A stretch of DNA of 63,989 bases, the filler included, from Octopus bimaculoides (Eukaryota), in the NCBI RefSeq assembly GCF_001194135.2. It is 6 parts of 6 records of this genome, joined end to end, with 100 filler letters (N's around TTAATTAATTAA, not from the genome) between each part and the next. Parts side by side here need not be neighbours in the genome. Positions count along the whole stretch, not along the records: positions 45,101 to 53,620 come from NC_068981.1; positions 53,721 to 60,727 come from NC_068994.1; positions 60,828 to 63,989 come from NC_068986.1; 3 more parts are not named here. One strand, written 5' to 3'. Positions 50,862-63,989 of this stretch are shown in pieces. Under the pieces are notes generated by a model. That model made no database searches and was not told the DNA's origin. It worked only from the letters and a program-made list of their open reading frames with translations. Within the stretch, counting starts at the first letter, position 1; each line of letters starts with the position of its first letter. The translations under genes were made by a program, and so were the position numbers.

Positions 50862-50897
<36 letters not shown>

Positions 50898-51304
50898 TCC
50901 ATTGTCATCCTTATCACCAACATCATCAACATTACATCTGCTTCCAATGCTAGCATGAGTTGGACAGGTCATTTGCTGCCATCGTAGACATAGTCATGAG
51001 ACCACACTGCACTTGCCCATTACATTTTGGAATGGTTTTTACAGCTGGATACTCTTCCTAACTCTAACCATCCATTTTACACAGTATGTGTTGGTGTATT
51101 CTATCATGGCGCCAGCATTAGAGAGGTTGTCATGCTCTCAGTAAGACTATGATGTCTCCACTCATTTACCAACTACTTAACAGAATATATTGTGTTCATT
51201 TTGTCATCTCACCAGCACTTGTGAATTTGAGTACCAGATCCTTACTGCTGTTTGTCTGTCTGTCTGTCTCTGTCTGTCTGTCTTTCTCTGTCTGTTTGTC
51301 TGTC

Positions 51305-51412
<108 letters not shown>

Positions 51413-52095
51413 TATTAATTGAAATGTACAGTATTATATATCCATTACAGCCAATCTTACCAATTGGTTTTCCGCTAGGAATTCCACAGAGTGTTAGGTT
51501 ACAGTCTGATTATGTAACACTGTGCTCATGAGAGGTAGCCGTTATGGAATGAAATATGGCGACTGCTCACTATTGTTGGCAGTGAATAGACAGTAAATAT
51601 AATTTGAGTGTGTTGTTGCAGTAGAAATGATGATGTTAAACTTTGTTCTAATATTTAAGCATTTCCCTTTACATTCTTAGTTTAAGTCGTGAAATCAAGT
51701 TTGCCTTTCATTTTTCTTTTCTCTGTTGATTAAAAACATACTAGTCACATAGCGATAGTTATGTTTACTAAATCATACATACCCCACCACAATTTGTTCC
51801 TTTATGTCAAATTTAGGAATCAATGTGCAAATATATATATATAAAATCTCACATTCTCTCTCTCTTTTTAACCCTTTCGTTACCAACCCAGCTGAAACCA
51901 GCTCTGGCTCTGAGTACAAATGTCTTCTTTTCATAAGTTTTGAATTAAAATCTTCTACCAAACGTTAATCACAATTTATGTTCCTAACACTAGCTGAATG
52001 GTAACTAAGTTATTTTACTAAATTCTTTGCTATATTTCAAGTAATTGAAAGAAACACAGAGCATCTCAAAATAAATACAGTAATGAAAGGGTTAA

Positions 52096-52098
52096 ATG

Positions 52099-52129
<31 letters not shown>

Positions 52130-52850
52130 ATATATATATATATGTATGTATGTATGTATATATATATATATATGTATGTGTATGTATATATATGTATGTG
52201 TATGTATGTGTGTGTATATATGTATGTATTTATATATATATGTATGTATTTATATATATATATGTATGTATTTATATATATATATATGTATGTATTTATA
52301 TATATATATATGTATGTATTTATATATATATATATATATGTATGTATTTATATATATATATATGTATGNNNNNNNNNNNNNNNNNNNNNNNNNNNNNNNN
52401 NNNNNNNNNNNNNNNNNNNNNNNNNNNNNNNNNNNNNNNNNNNNNNNNNNNNNNNNNNNNNNNNNNNNNNNNNNNNNNNNNNNNNNNNNNNNNNNNNNNN
52501 NNNNNNNNNNNNNNNNNNNNNNNNNNNNNNNNNNNNNNNNNNNNNNNNNNNNNNNNNNNNNNNNNNNNNNNNNNNNNNNNNNNNNNNNNNNNNNNNNNNN
52601 NNNNNNNNNNNNNNNNNNNNNNNNNNNNNNNNNNNNNNNNNNNNNNNNNNNNNNNNNNNNNNNNNNNNNNNNNNNNNNNNNNNNNNNNNNNNNNNNNNNN
52701 NNNNNNNNNNNNNNNNNNNNNNNNNNNNNNNNNNNTGTATTTATATATATATATATATGTATGTATTTATATATATATATATATGTATGTATGTATTTAT
52801 ATATATATATGTATGCATGTATATACATATATGTATGTATGTATATATAA
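52096..52850. repeat. Complex (TA/TG)n low-complexity array with internal gap (similar array at about 57770-58135)
   Basis: Direct inspection. Confidence 0.95.
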
Positions 52851-53086
52851 AATTAAAAATAAGATTGATATACAACATATACAATTTAAAAACACAATAT
52901 ACAATATGTACACACACATGCTGAAATACAGTATTTACAATACACACACACACACACACACACAGCTTAAAATGCAATATATACAATACACACACATAAT
53001 CACTCCACAAACACATGTAGATGAATGGCCATTGACTACTTTGTAGTTCCTCCGCTCTTTGACGGGTCTTATTTTTTGTCCCGCAG

Positions 53087-53340
53087 GGTGTTCAGCAAGC
53101 ACCCACTTCACCAAGCAAGCCTGGTGTGGTTGCCAGTTTAGTTGCCAACGACCAGACCAGGAAACAGGTTGTACTGGACTACATGGTACCAGTAGCACTC
53201 AAGAGCGACCTGCATATGGTGGCACCTGTTTCTCCTGTCAGCCATCACAGTTGTCTAGTATGTAATAAAATGTGTAAAAGCTGGGCCGGGCTTAAAAGTC
53301 ATATAAGGGCATCACATGGCAACAATCATGATTCATTTCA
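53087..53340 (+). CDS. Internal exon encoding a single C2H2 zinc finger (CLVCNKMCKSWAGLKSHIRASH)
   Basis: Acceptor ttattttttgtcccgcag|GGT, donor TTTCA|gtaagt, 254 nt open frame, phase 0-2, C-x2-C-x12-H-x4-H pattern. Confidence 0.6.
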
Positions 53341-53444
53341 GTAAGTCTTCTTGGCAATGGCTTTTCTCATGTAACGAGGATGCAGCTGTGTGTGTGTGAC
53401 ATATATACATATATATATGTATATATATGTATATAATGACGCAT

Positions 53445-53620
53445 GCGTACGAACAACCATGCTACATGGCAGTGAAACATGGGCTGTAACTGCTGAGGAC
53501 ACACGTAAGCTCGCAAGGAATGAAGCCAGTATGCTCCGTTGGATGTGTAATGTCAATGTGAATACCCGTCAGAGTGTAAGTATCTTGAGAGAAAAGCTGA
53601 ACATTAGAAGCATCAGTTGT
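53445..53620 (+). mobile_element. Non-LTR retrotransposon RT C-terminal remnant (RTE/CR1-like)
   Basis: MLHGSETWAVTAEDTRKLARNEASMLRWMCNV...ILREKLNI; truncated by a gap. Confidence 0.75.
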
Positions 53621-53720
53621 NNNNNNNNNNNNNNNNNNNNNNNNNNNNNNNNNNNNNNNNNNNNTTAATTAATTAANNNNNNNNNNNNNNNNNNNNNNNN
53701 NNNNNNNNNNNNNNNNNNNN

Positions 53721-53754
<34 letters not shown>

Positions 53755-54639
53755 GATAGATAGATAGATGAGTTCTTAACTTTTGTATACGATTGCCAAA
53801 TTCCGTCACTAAGGTAAACATAGCTGACGTAATCCAACACTACGGCCAACTCAATGACAAAAAGCGCAACTCGAAAGTAACTTATTTATTGGTCCTTTGA
53901 ACAATATTTCGACATCTCGTGTGTCTTCAACAGGTTCAAAACCGAAACTGGCAAGAGGAATGGAGTATGTTATCCTCAAATTAAGGACCTGACTGCGATA
54001 CTTCCAACGAAGTGGACACCGTTAACAGCATTTCATCTGTATTTAAGTTATGAGTTCAAATACTGCCGAGGTCGACTTTGCCTTTCATCCTTTCGGGGGT
54101 CAATAAATTAAGTACCAGTTACGCACTGGGGTCGATGTAATCGACTTAATCCCTTTGTCTGTCCTTGTTTGTCCCTTCTATGTTTCGCCCCTTGTGGGCA
54201 ATAAAGAAATAAGAAACATAAGAGCGCAGGAAAATTGCCAATTGGTATTTGTATCACTTATGCGTTAGTGTGAGAATTCGTTCATACAGCGATAACCTTC
54301 TCAAACACATCGAAAAGGGGCCAGCAAGAATCAGGTTCTTTTTGCTATATGCAAGTGTCTTTTAGGCCTGGCCAAAACCTTGGGTATTATACTTCGTTGT
54401 CTTGTAGTGATGGCCACACAAAGGTTCGGCCTGGACAAATAGAAAATCGGAGGATCGTTCTCGCAAAGGGGTTATGTAGGCTGCGCTACAAGAGTCTCGA
54501 CCGAAGCAGGAAAACTCTATGCCGCGGACCCATTAATGACACGCCTATCGGGAAGGAGTAAGAGTGTGAGTTTAGTGTGTTACACTCACGATCGTAAGAT
54601 TGTGGTTTCGATTCTCGGGCCGGGTATGCGTTGTATTTT

Positions 54640-55030
54640 GTTTTTTAGCTAAATCCTGCTTCCACACAGAACTTTCCAGCAATATCCCTCTCCAGAGTCC
54701 CTCTCCAGTTTGACTGCAGTCGCCACCAGTTTTGCATAAATATCTGAGTTGAACTTAAGGCCCTGTTCAAAGATTTTGCGAGGCATGAGGAAATACACTT
54801 ATTGGAAATACACTTAAAGGTCATCACAGGTTCACGCCACGTCTTACAACCTTTACAATGTTCACAGAACACTGAGCAACAGTAATAATGACGGCATTTT
54901 GATACCCGGCGCGAAGCATCATGATACAAGTAACTCTTTTCCAGTCCTCCGTGTCATCTAACTTTTTCTCAACTACAACTTTAATATCTATACTCTCCAA
55001 CACTATTGACCGATACATCAAGCTGTTCCG
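54640..55030 (-). mobile_element. Tc1/mariner-like (maT-type) transposase N-terminal remnant
   Basis: EDWKRVTCIMMLRAG...TVAQCSVNIVKVVRR resembles a paired-like HTH start; decayed. Confidence 0.4.
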
Positions 55031-56242
55031 GAAAAAAAAAGAGACATAAAAACTGTCAAATATAATCCGAACACCCTATATATTACTACTGAGGAGAAGG
55101 ATTATGATGTCACTGTTGATTGGGCGCTAGAACAATTCGTTGATAGTCAATTCATCGTCGTTATTCATCTATGTCAGAATATCACCAGATTACTTCATTC
55201 TGTTATTCTGGTTTGATTTGTAATACTTTTTCCCTTTGTCTTTGTTTTTTCCTTTTTACTTGTTTGAGTCACTGGACTGTACCCATGCTGTGGCACCACC
55301 TTGAAGGGTTTGGTGCGACAAATCGGCCCCAGTACTTATTGTTTGAGTCTGGTACTTATTCTATCGGTTCTCTTTTGCTGAACCGTTAAGTTATAGTGTC
55401 ATAACATGTGGAAGATAAATGAAAGACCTAAAGAAGAAATTATGAACAAGTGCATTACAACTGTAATAGATAACTGCGATTCCGTTGCAAAAAGGTAATT
55501 TATTGAAAGCAGCAACTCAGAATCTAGAATTTGAATTTCAATATTTTTTTTTTTTTTGTTATTAACATTAGTTTGTAGTTGGCGTTTCTTTTTTGTGCTC
55601 TTTATGAATTTTTAAATAAATGATCTTAAATATATAGATATTAANNNNNNNNNNNNNNNNNNNNNNNNNNNNNNNNNNNNNNNNNNNNNNNNNNNNNNNN
55701 NNNNNNNNNNNNNNNNNNNNNNNNNNNNNNNNNNNNNNNNNNNNNNNNNNNNNNNNNNNNNNNNNNNNNNNNNNNNNNNNNNNNNNNNNNNNNNNNNNNN
55801 NNNNNNNNNNNNNNNNNNNNNNNNNNNNNNNNNNNNNNNNNNNNNNNNNNNNNNNNNNNNNNNNNNNNNNNNNNNNNNNNNNNNNNNNNNNNNNNNNNNN
55901 NNNNNNNNNNNNNNNNNNNNNNNNNNNNNNNNNTTTGTACCCCCATCATCGCTTGATAACCGATGCTGGTGTGTTTGCGTCCCGTAACTTATCGGTTCGG
56001 CAAAAATAGACCGATAGAATAAGTACTAGGCTTACAAAAGAATAAGTCCTGGGGTCGATTTTCTCGACTAAAGGCGGTGCTCCAGCATGGCCACAGTCAA
56101 ATGACTGAAACAAGTAAAAGAGTAAAAGAGTATACGTGCCATTTCACATACAGTTCTTATGTTATGAATATGGAAAGTTTTGTTGAAAGAACTAAAGTGA
56201 GACAGGAGCCAGCCTTTTACAGTCCATTTCATAAGTGCGAGA

Positions 56243-56631
56243 GTGGAGGCGCAATGGCCCAGTGGTTAGGGCAGCGGACTCGCGGTCATAGGATCACGGT
56301 TTCGATTCCCAAACCGGGCGTTGTGAGTGTTTATTGAGCGAAAACACCTAAAGCTCCACGAGGCTCCGGCAGGGGATGGTGGCGAACCCTGCTGTACTCT
56401 TCCAACACAACTTTCTCTCGCACTTACTTCCTGTTTCTGTTGTACCTGTGTTTCAAAGGGCCAGCCTTGTTACGCTGTGTCACGCTTAATATCCCCGAGA
56501 ACTACGTTAAGGGTACACGTGTCTGTGGAGTGCTCAGTCACTTGCACGTTAATTTCACGAGCAGGCTGTTCCGTTGATCGAATCAACTGGAACCCTCGAC
56601 GTCGTAAACGACAGAGTGCCAACAAACAACA
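56243..56631 (+). mobile_element. SINE family C, full length (tRNA-like head gtggaggcgcaatggcccagtggttagg; (caa)n tail). Fragments at 12147-12362 and 44655-44822
   Basis: A/B boxes present; the 3' half matches 12147-12362. Confidence 0.8.
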
Positions 56632-56894
56632 AAAGTGTGAGAAAAGAAGAAAATAATTTAGCTGTGCTTTGCCAAAGCCAAGAAGAATTTCCTTTTTTTG
56701 CCCAAGGTAGACGAGGAGACGACCTTGGCAGATATTTTGTGTGAAATATCCTTTATTGGGAGAGGAAGAGCGTATGGTTTCCTAGGTGTTATCTTTAGAC
56801 ACTTAATCAGCGGGACTGAACCTGGAACCATGTGTTTGGGAAGCAAATTTTCTTTACCACACACCCACGCCTACATACATACGCACATATGTAT

Positions 56895-56928
<34 letters not shown>

Positions 56929-57894
56929 TTATATATATAAAGAATAAAAAGTTTTTATTCTTTACAAACAATAAACAATGCTTCAAGCGAACTACAATAC
57001 TCTCCTATATATATATGCATATATTTGTATATATACGACGGGCTTCTACATAGTTTCCATCTACAAAATTCATTCATAAAGCATCGGTCTGCCTGGAGAT
57101 ATACTAGAAAACACTTGTTTCAGATGCCGAGCTGTGAGACTGAACCCGAAACCACCTGGCTGCAAGCGAGCTTCTTGACCACACAGCCATGCATGCAGCT
57201 AAATACAAAAAATATATATATAACGAATAACATAAACATCATGTCGTTTATAAATTATTGAAATTATTATTATATTGTAGTCATAACAGCATAATCACAT
57301 TGACAATAATAATAATGATATTAATAATTGTTATTAATTTAATCACCGTTGTCGTTTTTGTTTTTGTTTTTGGTTCTGCTTAAACGCTGTTTAAATATTC
57401 GTGTTTTTTTGTGTTTATAGCGCAGTACATGTAGCTTGAAGCTACGAAACAGCGTTATAACAACAAGAATAACAACAAAACCAAAGCAGAATAAACACAC
57501 ACAAACACCTAAACACACGCACACGCACTCGCACACACGAAGCGCAGAAATCAACAACAAAACAATCAGTAAAAATGGCGGCAATCTTTTTTGTTTTTTC
57601 TTTCTTTCTTTCTGCCCGAAACCAACAGATTTTTCAAAACAGGAATTTACCGCTTCAAGTATTTGAATATTCATATTTTTGACTACTGATGCTGCTGCTT
57701 CTGCAGCCGATACATCCGAAGCTGCTTCTATTGCTGGTGGTGGTGGTGGTGGTGGTTTTTGTTTTGCTGTTGTTTATGTGTATACGTGTAGGCGTGTGAT
57801 TATGCACATATATATATATGTGTGTGTGTGTGTGTGCGTGCGTGTGTGTACACACACATATGTATGTATATATTTGTATAAATGTATGTAAACA

Positions 57895-57927
<33 letters not shown>

Positions 57928-58076
57928 TTGAATGTATGTATGTATGTACGCATATATATGTGTGTGTGTATACATATATATATATATATATGTGTGTTTG
58001 TGTGTGTGTATGTATGTATGTATATATATGTATATATATATGTGTGTGCATATATGTATATATATATACATGTATG

Positions 58077-58118
<42 letters not shown>

Positions 58119-58144
58119 NNNNNNNNNNNGTGTGTGGGTAGATC

Positions 58145-58560
58145 TACGAGGTGGTATCAAAAAGTTCAAGGATTAACTATCTTTAATAAAAATAATAACT
58201 TATTAACCTAAGTTTTAACATTATCTCCTTCGAAATAATCACCTTGCGCAGTAATACACCGGGTCCTGGCGTTCATGCTACTTTTGGAATCTGGTCTGAA
58301 GGTCGTTTTCCGTAAGCGTTTCGAAGATCCTTCTGTGATTCGCTTTGGATCTCGACAACGGTGCTAAAACGGCGACCTTTGAGCCTGTGTTTTCATTTTA
58401 AGGAAGAGACGGAAGTCTGCAAGTGCTAAACCTGGTGAACAGGGCGGTTTGCGGAAGCGATACCATGTTATTTTTGACGAGGAACTCATGAGTGAGGAGA
58501 ACTCGGTGACAGGGTGCATTGTCGCCGTGAAGAAGCCAGTTCTTTGTACTCCACAGATCG
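58145..58560 (-). mobile_element. Mariner remnant with terminal inverted repeat end
   Basis: TIR-like tacgaggtggtatcaaaaagttc; PPCSPGLALADFRLFLKMK; RCITAQGDYFEGDN. Confidence 0.8.
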
Positions 58561-58791
58561 CTTTACTCTTTTTTACTCTTTTACTTGTTTCAGTCATTTG
58601 ACTGCGGCCATGCTGGAGCACCGTCTTTTAGTCGACCAAATCAACCCTATGACTTATTCTTTGTAAGCCTAGTACTTATTCGTATCGGTCTCTTTTGGCG
58701 ACCCGCTAAGTTACGGGGACGTAAACACACCACCATCGGTTGTCAAGCGATGTTGGGGGGGGGACAAACACAGACACACAAACACACACAT

Positions 58792-58824
<33 letters not shown>

Positions 58825-61000
58825 CTACGGGCTTCTTTCAGTTTTCGTCTACCAAATCCACTCACAAGTCTTTGGTCGACCCGAGGCTATAGTAGAAGAC
58901 ACTTGCCCAAGGTGCCACGCAGTGGGANNNNNNNNNNNNNNNNNNNNNNNNNNNNNNNNNNNNNNNNNNNNNNNNNNNNNNNNNNNNNNNNNNNNNNNNN
59001 NNNNNNNNNNNNNNNNNNNNNNNNNNNNNNNNNNNNNNNNNNNNNNNNNNNNNNNNNNNNNNNNNNNNNNNNNNNNNNNNNNNNNNNNNNNNNNNNNNNN
59101 NNNNNNNNNNNNNNNNNNNNNNNNNNNNNNNNNNNNNNNNNNNNNNNNNNNNNNNNNNNNNNNNNNNNNNNNNNNNNNNNNNNNNNNNNNNNNNNNNNNN
59201 NNNNNNNNNNNNNNNNNNNNNNNNNNNNNNNNNNNNNNNNNNNNNNNNNNNNNNNNNNNNNNNNNNNNNNNNNNNNNNNNNNNNNNNNNNNNNNNNNNNN
59301 NNNNNNNNNNNNNNNNNNNNNNNNNNNNNNNNNNNNNNNNNNNNNNNNNNNNNNNNNNNNNNNNNNNNNNNNNNNNNNNNNNNNNNNNNNNNNNNNNNNN
59401 NNNNNNNNNNNNNNNNNNNNNNNNNNNNNNNNNNNATATATATATATATATATATATACGCATAAACATACATACATATACATACATACATACGTACATA
59501 GAAACATACATATATATATATATGTGAAATATTTGTAAATTCTTTAAATATAACAACATATATAACACAAAATAAATATATGCATAATCATTGCATTATG
59601 CATGCATAATGAATCACGTGCATGCATAATGTATACATCTATCGATTATTATGATTAATGTAGTTCTCTGCCAAACGCCATTTACATATTTGTGTTTTGT
59701 ATGTTTTTTGCATAACGAAGATGTGGTATTGTTTCTCCATGCTTGCTTAATTCTATTTAAATCGTTTTATTTTGTTTTGCTTTTGAGTTCGTATTGTGGA
59801 TGAGTGGGTAAGAAGCTTACTTCCAAACGGTGTGGTCTGGGGGATCAATCCTACTGCTCATCACCTTATACATATACTTACTATAACTCCGGCCGGCTAA
59901 AGCCTCGACAGTGCATTTTGCTAAACAGAAACTGAAAGAAGCTCGTCGTCATATATATATGTGTATGTGTATGTTATTTGTCGGGGGAGAGTCATTCTGT
60001 GTCAATTCCTTATTAATTAACACACTCACAGGTTCGATTTCAGCACATTATTTTTTCTACAATTTTCGTTGCTTCTTGCAACCTCTTCTATATTCGTTGA
60101 CTTTCTCTTTATACATATATATTGTTATACTTATGGAAGGTCATCTTTTACTAATTAAACACATACACTATTTATTTGATCTTCATTTTATTCTTATTAC
60201 TATTTAAAATTTATTTAAGGCAGCGAGCGAGTTGGTAGAATCGTTATCTCGCCGGGCAAAATGCTTAGCGGTGTTTCGCCTGTCTTTACCTTCTGAGGTA
60301 AAATTCTGCCGAGGTAGACTTTGGTTTTCATCCTTTCGGGGTCGATCAAAAACAAGTACCAATAGCCCACTTGGGTCGATTTAATCGACTTAGCCCCTCC
60401 CCAAAATGCAGAAGAGACAGACACACACACAAATATATATACTCTCTCTTTTACTCTTTACTCCTTTACTTGTTTCAGTCATTTGACTGCGGCCATGCTG
60501 TAGCTCCACCTTTAGTCGACCAAATCGACCCTAGGATTTATTCTTTGTAAGCCTGGTACTTATTCTATCGGTCTCTTTTCCCGAACAGCTAAGTTACGAG
60601 GACGTAAACACACCAGCATCGGTTGTCAAGCGATGTTGGGAGGACAAACACAGGCACACAAACATATACACACTCATATATATATATATATATATATATA
60701 CGACGGGCTTCTTTCAGTTTCTGTCTANNNNNNNNNNNNNNNNNNNNNNNNNNNNNNNNNNNNNNNNNNNNTTAATTAATTAANNNNNNNNNNNNNNNNN
60801 NNNNNNNNNNNNNNNNNNNNNNNNNNNTTTTTTTTTTTCTAAAGAGTATTATATGCAGCAGAAATTGTATGCGTTTGTTCCTATCCACCCCCCTCACTTT
60901 TGTGCCCGGCTGTCCCACCCCCATACCTAGCTATTTTATTGAAATTGATGCACTCCCTTTAGTTGTTATGACAGCTCTGGTTTAGGATTGCCCCACTGTG

Positions 61001-61035
<35 letters not shown>

Positions 61036-62497
61036 ACGCGCACGCATTTTGAAGTATGTCTGTGTGTAGAAGAAGGGAATCTGGTCATAGAAACATCTCC
61101 TTCCACACGTTTCATCTTACTCATGCCAGAATGGCAAAGAGGATGTTAACAACAATAGTGATGAAGTTGGGGACTATAGATGTACATTTATAGATGTGTG
61201 TGTGAGTGTAGAAATATCTGGAATCCGACAGTGTTGATAGCCCAGAATCTGGATTGAGTGCTTCTCTGGAAATACCCTAACTCTGTACCCTACCAGGACC
61301 TAAGATATATATATATATATAGATAGATAGATAGATAGATAATTATATATGTGAATATATATGTACACATGTATGTATATATTTGTGCATGTATGTAATA
61401 TATGATGAGGAAAGAGCATGTCCATGTCTTGTGTGTGAATTTTCTATTTGTTCCTTTGTTATTCTTTTGTTCAATTTTTAATACTTAGTTGCTGGCATGG
61501 CTGTGTGGTAAGAAGCCTGCTTACCAACCACATGGTTCTGGGTTCAGTCCCACTGCGTAGCACCTTGGCCAGGTGTTTTCTACTATAGCCTTGGGCTGAC
61601 CAAAGCCTTGTAAGTGGATTAAGTAAATGGAAACTGGGAAAAGGCCATTGTGTATAAATGTATGTATATATCTGTATGTGTGTTTGTCCCCCCATCATCA
61701 TCGCTTGACAACCGGTGTTAGTATGTTTTCGTCCCCATAACTTAGTGGCTTGGCAAAAAGAGAGACCATTAGAATAAATACCAGGATTTAAAAAATACGT
61801 CCTGGGGTTTATTTGTTTGATTAAACTCATTCAAGGCAGTGCTCCAGCATGGCCACCATCAAATTTCTGAAACAAGTAAAAGAATAAAAGAATAATATAT
61901 ATGTACATATATATTAATATGTACACATACACATTTATGTATGTATCTACATGTGTGTGTGAGTGTGTATGTTAAGGTGCATGGCTAGGTGTGTTAAGGT
62001 GTTGCACTCACTACCTTGAGATCATGGTTTCGATTCTCTGACCAGCTGCATATTGTGCTCTTGAGCAAAACACTTCATTTCATATTGTTCCCGTCCACTC
62101 AGCTGCAAATCAGTAACCCTGAGGTGGACTAGCCATCTGAGGAAGGGACATGTTGATCTGCTGAAGGTGGCATCATTCACAAGCGAAGACAATGCAAAGC
62201 ACATTGTAACCAGTGACGTATATGAACATTCAATAATCTAGTTGATCACATGATCATGTGATATATATCAAGAGGGTGAGAGATGTATATAGACATATAT
62301 AGATAACTCTCTGGTTGTCAGGTTAAGAAGTTTATTTTACAACAACATGGTTTCTGGTTCAGTCCCACTGCTTGGTACTTTAAGCAAGTCTCTTCTGCTA
62401 TAGTTCCATGACAACCAATGCCTTGATTGGGAATTTCGTAAAAAGGAACTTTGTAGAAGGCACAAACACATGCATGCTTACACACACACACACACAC

Positions 62498-62539
<42 letters not shown>

Positions 62540-63989
62540 NNNNNNNNNNNNNNNNNNNNNNNNNNNNNNNNNNNNNNNNNNNNNNNNNNNNNNNNNNNNN
62601 NNNNNNNNNNNNNNNNNNNNNNNNNNNNNNNNNNNNNNNNNNNNNNNNNNNNNNNNNNNNNNNNNNNNNNNNNNNNNNNNNNNNNNNNNNNNNNNNNNNN
62701 NNNNNNNNNNNNNNNNNNNNNNNNNNNNNNNNNNNNNNNNNNNNNNNNNNNNNNNNNNNNNNNNNNNNNNNNNNNNNNNNNNNNNNNNNNNNNNNNNNNN
62801 NNNNNNNNNNNNNNNNNNNNNNNNNNNNNNNNNNNNNNNNNNNNNNNNNNNNNNNNNNNNNNNNNNNNNNNNNNNNNNNNNNNNNNNNNNNNNNNNNNNN
62901 NNNNNNNNNNNNNNNNNNNNNNNNNNNNNNNNNNNNNNNNNNNNNNNNNNNNNNNNNNNNNNNNNNNNNNNNNNNNNNNNNNNNNNNNNNNNNNNNNNNN
63001 NNNNNNNNNNNNNNNNNNNNNNNNNNNNNNNNNNNNNNNNNNNNNNNNNNNNNNNNNNNNNNNNNNNNNNNNNNNNNNNNNNNNNNNNNNNNNNNNNNNN
63101 NNNNNNNNNNTATATATAAAGAGAGAGAGAGAGAGAGCACAAAATGCACATGCATACATAGTCACATATAGACACACGCATGCATACTCACATTCATATG
63201 TACAGAAGATACATGCATATACATAATCACATATTCATACACATTTGCATGCCCACACACGTACATTATACATACACTCACACACACATACACACGCCCA
63301 CACACACACACACAAAATTGATATGTGTAAACAAATATAATTCAGAGAGGATAAAATCAAAGTGAATTGGGTCAATTTATTAAGTGGTTGTGGTCATTGT
63401 TGTTGTTGTTAAGCCTCAGGTCAACTCTCTTCAAACAGAACTGTAATCAAAAGCGTTTCACACGTGACTATCCCATCTTATTTTCAGGATTGCATTATCT
63501 AGTATTGTTTTTTTTTTCAGATACAAGACTATTCTATGAGGGAGATTTAGCTACTATTTCTTATGTGTGTTGTGATTACATAGAAGCTCCCTCATTGGCT
63601 TAAATATGTTAACTAACATAGTATCGTGAACGTATGTATTTATACAAATGCACATACACACACACACACACTCATACAATAGTAGGCTTCTTTCAGTTTC
63701 CATTTACTAATTTAAAACAATACAGTCTGATAGAACTGGATGGAAGTGGTCACAAGTGGATTGTTGTTAAAAGATGCTCATGTGGTGGGGAAATGTTCTG
63801 TGTTCATGACAATCTGCGATGAGTTCTTTTGAAGGCTATAGTAGAAGACACTTGCCCAAGGTGCCATACAGTGGGACTGAACCTGGTACCACATAGTTGG
63901 GAATTGAACTTCTTAATCACACAGCTACACCTGAAACTCAGATGCACACAAATACTAAAAAGGATGGCCACTATTAGAATACTTTTAAT

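Overview
Eukaryotic, AT-rich, gap-ridden genomic DNA dense in microsatellites and in tRNA-derived SINE families I recognise as cephalopod-type. Octopus-like origin is an inference. Most ORF-track entries are microsatellite, SINE or N-gap artefacts. The real coding content is spliced, and I reconstructed it by hand. (1) A complete 4-exon minus-strand gene (13294->9078, 279 aa, all introns phase 1) encodes signal peptide + two divergent Ig domains + Thr-rich stalk + GPI-type hydrophobic tail. (2) A minus-strand spongin/short-chain-collagen-C4 (NC1)-related locus has ONE upstream 'YTRWGRKTCP...LVYEG' exon (33685-33611), followed by THREE tandem, diverged ~500-nt terminal exons (30208-29709, 26208-25712, 21275-20776). 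Each has a phase-1 acceptor, its own stop and its own AATAAA. No private upstream WGR exon is visible for the distal two, so this looks like a constant-exon / variable-last-exon cassette. Each cassette also carries a conserved AG|GT site 56-58 nt upstream of its acceptor. (3) There is an orphan plus-strand C2H2 zinc-finger exon (53087-53340) and two candidate minus-strand exons near 35-36 kb. The remainder is SINEs, decayed RTE/CRE-like LINEs, Gypsy RT, mariner/Tc1 remnants, a fold-back MITE-like element, and an unusual 381-bp tRNA-in-hairpin insertion. Coordinates of decayed repeats are approximate.
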